Below are positions 61,238-64,000 of a stretch of DNA of 64,000 nt, piece by piece. Source of the stretch: an uncultured bacterium. GTDB taxonomy: Bacteria; Chloroflexota; UBA5177; JANWHV01. The DNA lies in the NCBI GenBank assembly GCA_963827235.1, contig CAWHAE010000012.1:1536001-1600000 (forward strand). The letters are read 5' to 3'. Numbering within the stretch: position 1 is the first letter of the stretch; each line of letters opens with the position of its first letter. Under the pieces are notes generated by a model, which did no database searches, was not told where the DNA came from, and saw only the letters and a list, made by a program, of their open reading frames with translations. A program made the position numbers and the translations under genes.

Positions 61238-61453
61238 ACTGCTCCTCCGAGATGCTTCACGTTCAACGGTGGGCGCTGTGTAGGAGCGATGGCGCGGCGG
61301 CCGCTGCAACAGCCGCCGCGTCGCTCTGTATTCTCCGGTTTCTGATCGATCATGGCAGGAGTCCTGCTCCTTGCGTGGGCATGAGCCTGCCGGCCCGTGC
61401 GGTGCGCTATCTGCCGCCGGTACTCCGGCGCAGGGTGCCGGGCACGAGCATGC

Positions 61454-62398
61454 CTAGACGGACGCGCGTGCTCCCTTCTGCTGCAGAATAGCGCGCACTT
61501 CCGGGGCCGCGTGCAGCGTGCCGCGATGCCGTAGCTTCGCGATCACCGCTTCCGCCAGCCCAGGCGGAACGTCGGGCGAGACGGTCAGACGGCCGAACAC
61601 GGTGAGGTCCAGCGCCAGGCCCGCCGCCAGCATGCGCTCCAGCTCGAGGCGCGAATAGGAGATGCTGCCTATGATCACGACCCGACGCGTCTTCGAGGTT
61701 CCCCTGGTACCGGTGACGATGGTCATCCCTTGCGAGCGCGCCGGCACGCCGAGGTCCTCGGACCGGTCGAGCTCTTTTGGCCGCCGAGCCCTGCGGGGCG
61801 CCGGCATGTCCGTCCGGCGCGCGCCCTGATCGGCAGGTACCGGGCTGGGGTGCGAGAGATGGAGAAAGGACATGAGGCGCCTGCCCTCTCCCGGCTGCCG
61901 GTTCACATATGGTTTCAGCACCTCCCGCATCTTCTCGTCGGCCTCGCGATACTCCTCGGGTGTCATCCAGAGATCGAGGTATTCGAGACTGATGCTCTCG
62001 TCGTGCCACGCCTGGGTGCGCATGGCGTGCTGAAAGGCGTGCGTGAAGTGCAGGAGCACTGCCTGCACCAGCTCGGCGATTGTCTCGACGTTCTCGTCGC
62101 GCGGTACGCGCCGCAGCAACGTGTCGGGCATGCGCAGGTAGCGTGCCACGGTCTGGTAGTACTTCTCCAGGATGCCGCTCTTTTCGCGCGTCTCCACGAT
62201 GCGTACCAGGCCGAGGCGCTCCAGCTCACGCATGTGGTAGTGCACCTTGTTGGCCGGCTCGTCGAGCGCCTCACCCACCTGCGTCACCGTCATGGGCTGC
62301 TCGGAGATGTGGTCGATGATGCGCAGGCGCAGCGGGTCGGCGATGCCGCGCAACTGCTCGACCGACTCGATCTCGTAGGTGTCCGGCTCGCTATCCAA
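61454..62398 (-). CDS. ArsR-like winged-helix regulator with C-terminal extension
   Basis: IADPLRLRII, KVHYHMRELERLGLV, EKYYQ. Confidence 0.85.
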   Translation of the reverse strand: MDSEPDTYEIESVEQLRGIADPLRLRIIDHISEQPMTVTQVGEALDEPANKVHYHMRELERLGLVRIVETREKSGILEKYYQTVARYLRMPDTLLRRVPRDENVETIAELVQAVLLHFTHAFQHAMRTQAWHDESISLEYLDLWMTPEEYREADEKMREVLKPYVNRQPGEGRRLMSFLHLSHPSPVPADQGARRTDMPAPRRARRPKELDRSEDLGVPARSQGMTIVTGTRGTSKTRRVVIIGSISYSRLELERMLAAGLALDLTVFGRLTVSPDVPPGLAEAVIAKLRHRGTLHAAPEVRAILQQKGARASV

Positions 62399-62485
62399 GT
62401 ACCCTGACCTTTCAGGAATTGCTGAACGATCAGATACTACTCTTCATCGGGGCCGCCGTCAAGAGGATGGTGCGTAGCCTCTTTC

Positions 62486-62515
62486 CGTCCAGTCTAACAT
62501 AGATTAGACTGGACG
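62486..62515. promoter_or_regulatory. Inverted repeat, likely PadR operator
   Basis: CGTCCAGTCTAA-CATAGA-TTAGACTGGACG ending 1 nt before the ATG at 62517. Confidence 0.7.
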
Positions 62516-62516
62516 C

Positions 62517-63026
62517 ATGTATACTGACATACTGATTCTCACTCACCTCGCACGCGTGCCCGCGCACGGCTACGAGATCAAGAAGCACCTGGAGCGGCTG
62601 CGCGTGAGCCGGGCGCTGAACAACAACGTGCTCTACCCTTCCCTGCAGCGCCTCGAGGCCATGGGTGCCATCGAGCGCGCCGCCGCCGAGGCAGACCCCG
62701 GGCGGCCTCCCCGCACCGTCTACCGGCTGACCGAGACCGGTCAGGACCTCCTGCAGGCGCTGCTCCGCGATTGCGACGAATCCGTGCTCGCCGACGAGGA
62801 CGAGTTCCAGGCCCGGGTCGCCTTCTTCGACCGTATCGACCCCACGAATCGCATGGCGATCATCGCCGTGCGCCGGCGCATCGTGGCCGCCAGGATTGCC
62901 TGGCACCGCGGCATGCGCGAACAGGCGGCCGTGCAGCCATGGGGGCTTCAGGTCGTCGACTTCCTGATCGATCGCCTGCTGCTGGAGGCGGCCTGGCTCG
63001 ATCGGCTCGCGGCGCAGGTCGAGTAG
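62517..63026 (+). CDS. PadR-family regulator
   Basis: HGYEIKK, LYPSLQRLE, YRLTETG. Confidence 0.92.
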   Translation: MYTDILILTHLARVPAHGYEIKKHLERLRVSRALNNNVLYPSLQRLEAMGAIERAAAEADPGRPPRTVYRLTETGQDLLQALLRDCDESVLADEDEFQARVAFFDRIDPTNRMAIIAVRRRIVAARIAWHRGMREQAAVQPWGLQVVDFLIDRLLLEAAWLDRLAAQVE

Positions 63027-63033
63027 GTCTTCC

Positions 63034-64000
63034 TTGGCATCCCAACCCTCCTCGCCGGCAGTAGCGCCCGCGGCCCCGCCGGCACTCTCGCGGATCGTCC
63101 TCTTCGGGCTGATCGCCGGTCCCATGCTCTCCATGATCGACACTGCCGTGGTGAACGTAGCCGTGCCCGATATTGCACGCCAGCTCGGCAGTCCGCTGGG
63201 CACCGTGCAATGGACCGTCAGCACCTACTTGCTGGCCCTCGCCGCCGGCCAGGCCGGGACGGCGTGGCTCGCGCGCCGCTTCGGCACGCTGCGCGCCTAT
63301 ACCGCGAGCGTGGCGGTGTTCAGCGTCGCTTCGCTGCTGTGCGGCCTGGCACCCGGCATGAGCCTCCTGATCGCGGCCCGGGCCGTGCAGGGCGTGAGCG
63401 GCGCGCCGCTGGTCCCCCTTGCCCTCGGCCTGCTGCTCGGCCGCGGCGGGGCGCGCGAGCGTATTCCGGCAAGCGCCGGTCTCATGCTGTTTGCCGCCCC
63501 GGCCTGTGGCCCGGCACTCGGCGGACTGCTGGTAGGCAGCTTCGGCTGGCGCTCGATCTTCCTGATCAATCCGTTCGTCGGTCTCGCCGCCCTGCTGTGC
63601 CTCGCCTTCGCGGCCCCGCGAGGCCTGGGAGCGCCTGGCGATCGCCACGCGCGCCTCGACGCCGTCGGGCTGGTGATCTTCGCCGCCGGCCTGGCCTTCG
63701 CCACCTTCGGCGCCAGCCAGGGCGCCCAGAAAGGATGGCTCTCCACGGCGTCGCTGCCCTGGTGGACGGTGGGGCTGCTGCTGATCGGCGCTTATGCCGG
63801 CTGGGCGAGGCATCTCTCCGGCCGCGCCGGACCGCCTCCGGCCGTGAACCTCGATCTGCTGCGCAGCCGGATGCGCGTCCTAGCCCTCGCCCTAGTAGCG
63901 GTGACCAGCGTCGTGCTCTACGCCGTGCTCTTCATCGCCCCCGTCTATCTGCAGCAGATCCAGGGGCACTCCGCCGAGCTCGCGGGACTGGTCTTGCTGC
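63034..64000 (+). CDS. DHA2-type MFS transporter, runs off the window end (not in the ORF track)
   Basis: TTG start; MIDTAVVNVAVPDI, QWTVSTY, RAVQG, GWRSIFLIN. Confidence 0.85.
   Translation, partial: MASQPSSPAVAPAAPPALSRIVLFGLIAGPMLSMIDTAVVNVAVPDIARQLGSPLGTVQWTVSTYLLALAAGQAGTAWLARRFGTLRAYTASVAVFSVASLLCGLAPGMSLLIAARAVQGVSGAPLVPLALGLLLGRGGARERIPASAGLMLFAAPACGPALGGLLVGSFGWRSIFLINPFVGLAALLCLAFAAPRGLGAPGDRHARLDAVGLVIFAAGLAFATFGASQGAQKGWLSTASLPWWTVGLLLIGAYAGWARHLSGRAGPPPAVNLDLLRSRMRVLALALVAVTSVVLYAVLFIAPVYLQQIQGHSAELAGLVLL

Overview
High-GC bacterial chromosomal window. Gene content (XRE-NB-ARC-WD40 protein, Uma2, many GAF/PAS kinases) suggests a soil Chloroflexota-like organism; this is inference. 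It holds about 45 genes or gene remnants: a LacI-controlled sugar ABC + GH127 operon, ilvE, MMPL + two-component system, two type II TA pairs, a degraded Rhs polymorphic-toxin locus, a UroD/MtaA-family gene, hemerythrin, a GT39/phosphoesterase/HtrA envelope cluster, dusB, xylulokinase-like kinase, an MCP, pgm, four paralogous orphan histidine kinases and several MFS/regulator genes. I found no rRNA, tRNA, CRISPR array, transposase or reverse transcriptase. Most notable: (1) an Rhs toxin with an ADP-ribosyltransferase-like tip, followed in the immunity position by a stand-alone EF-Tu domain-3 homologue; (2) tiny palindromic ACCCGC-N-GCGGGT(A/G)CCC elements inserted in frame, one nested, in an Rhs module and a WD40 gene; (3) a 137-bp structured non-coding repeat present twice, 22.6 kb apart; (4) four orphan kinases sharing one transmitter module behind different sensors. 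Five otherwise intact genes carry small frameshifts that are probably long-read indel errors. All calls are by-eye motif recognition; no database searches were run.
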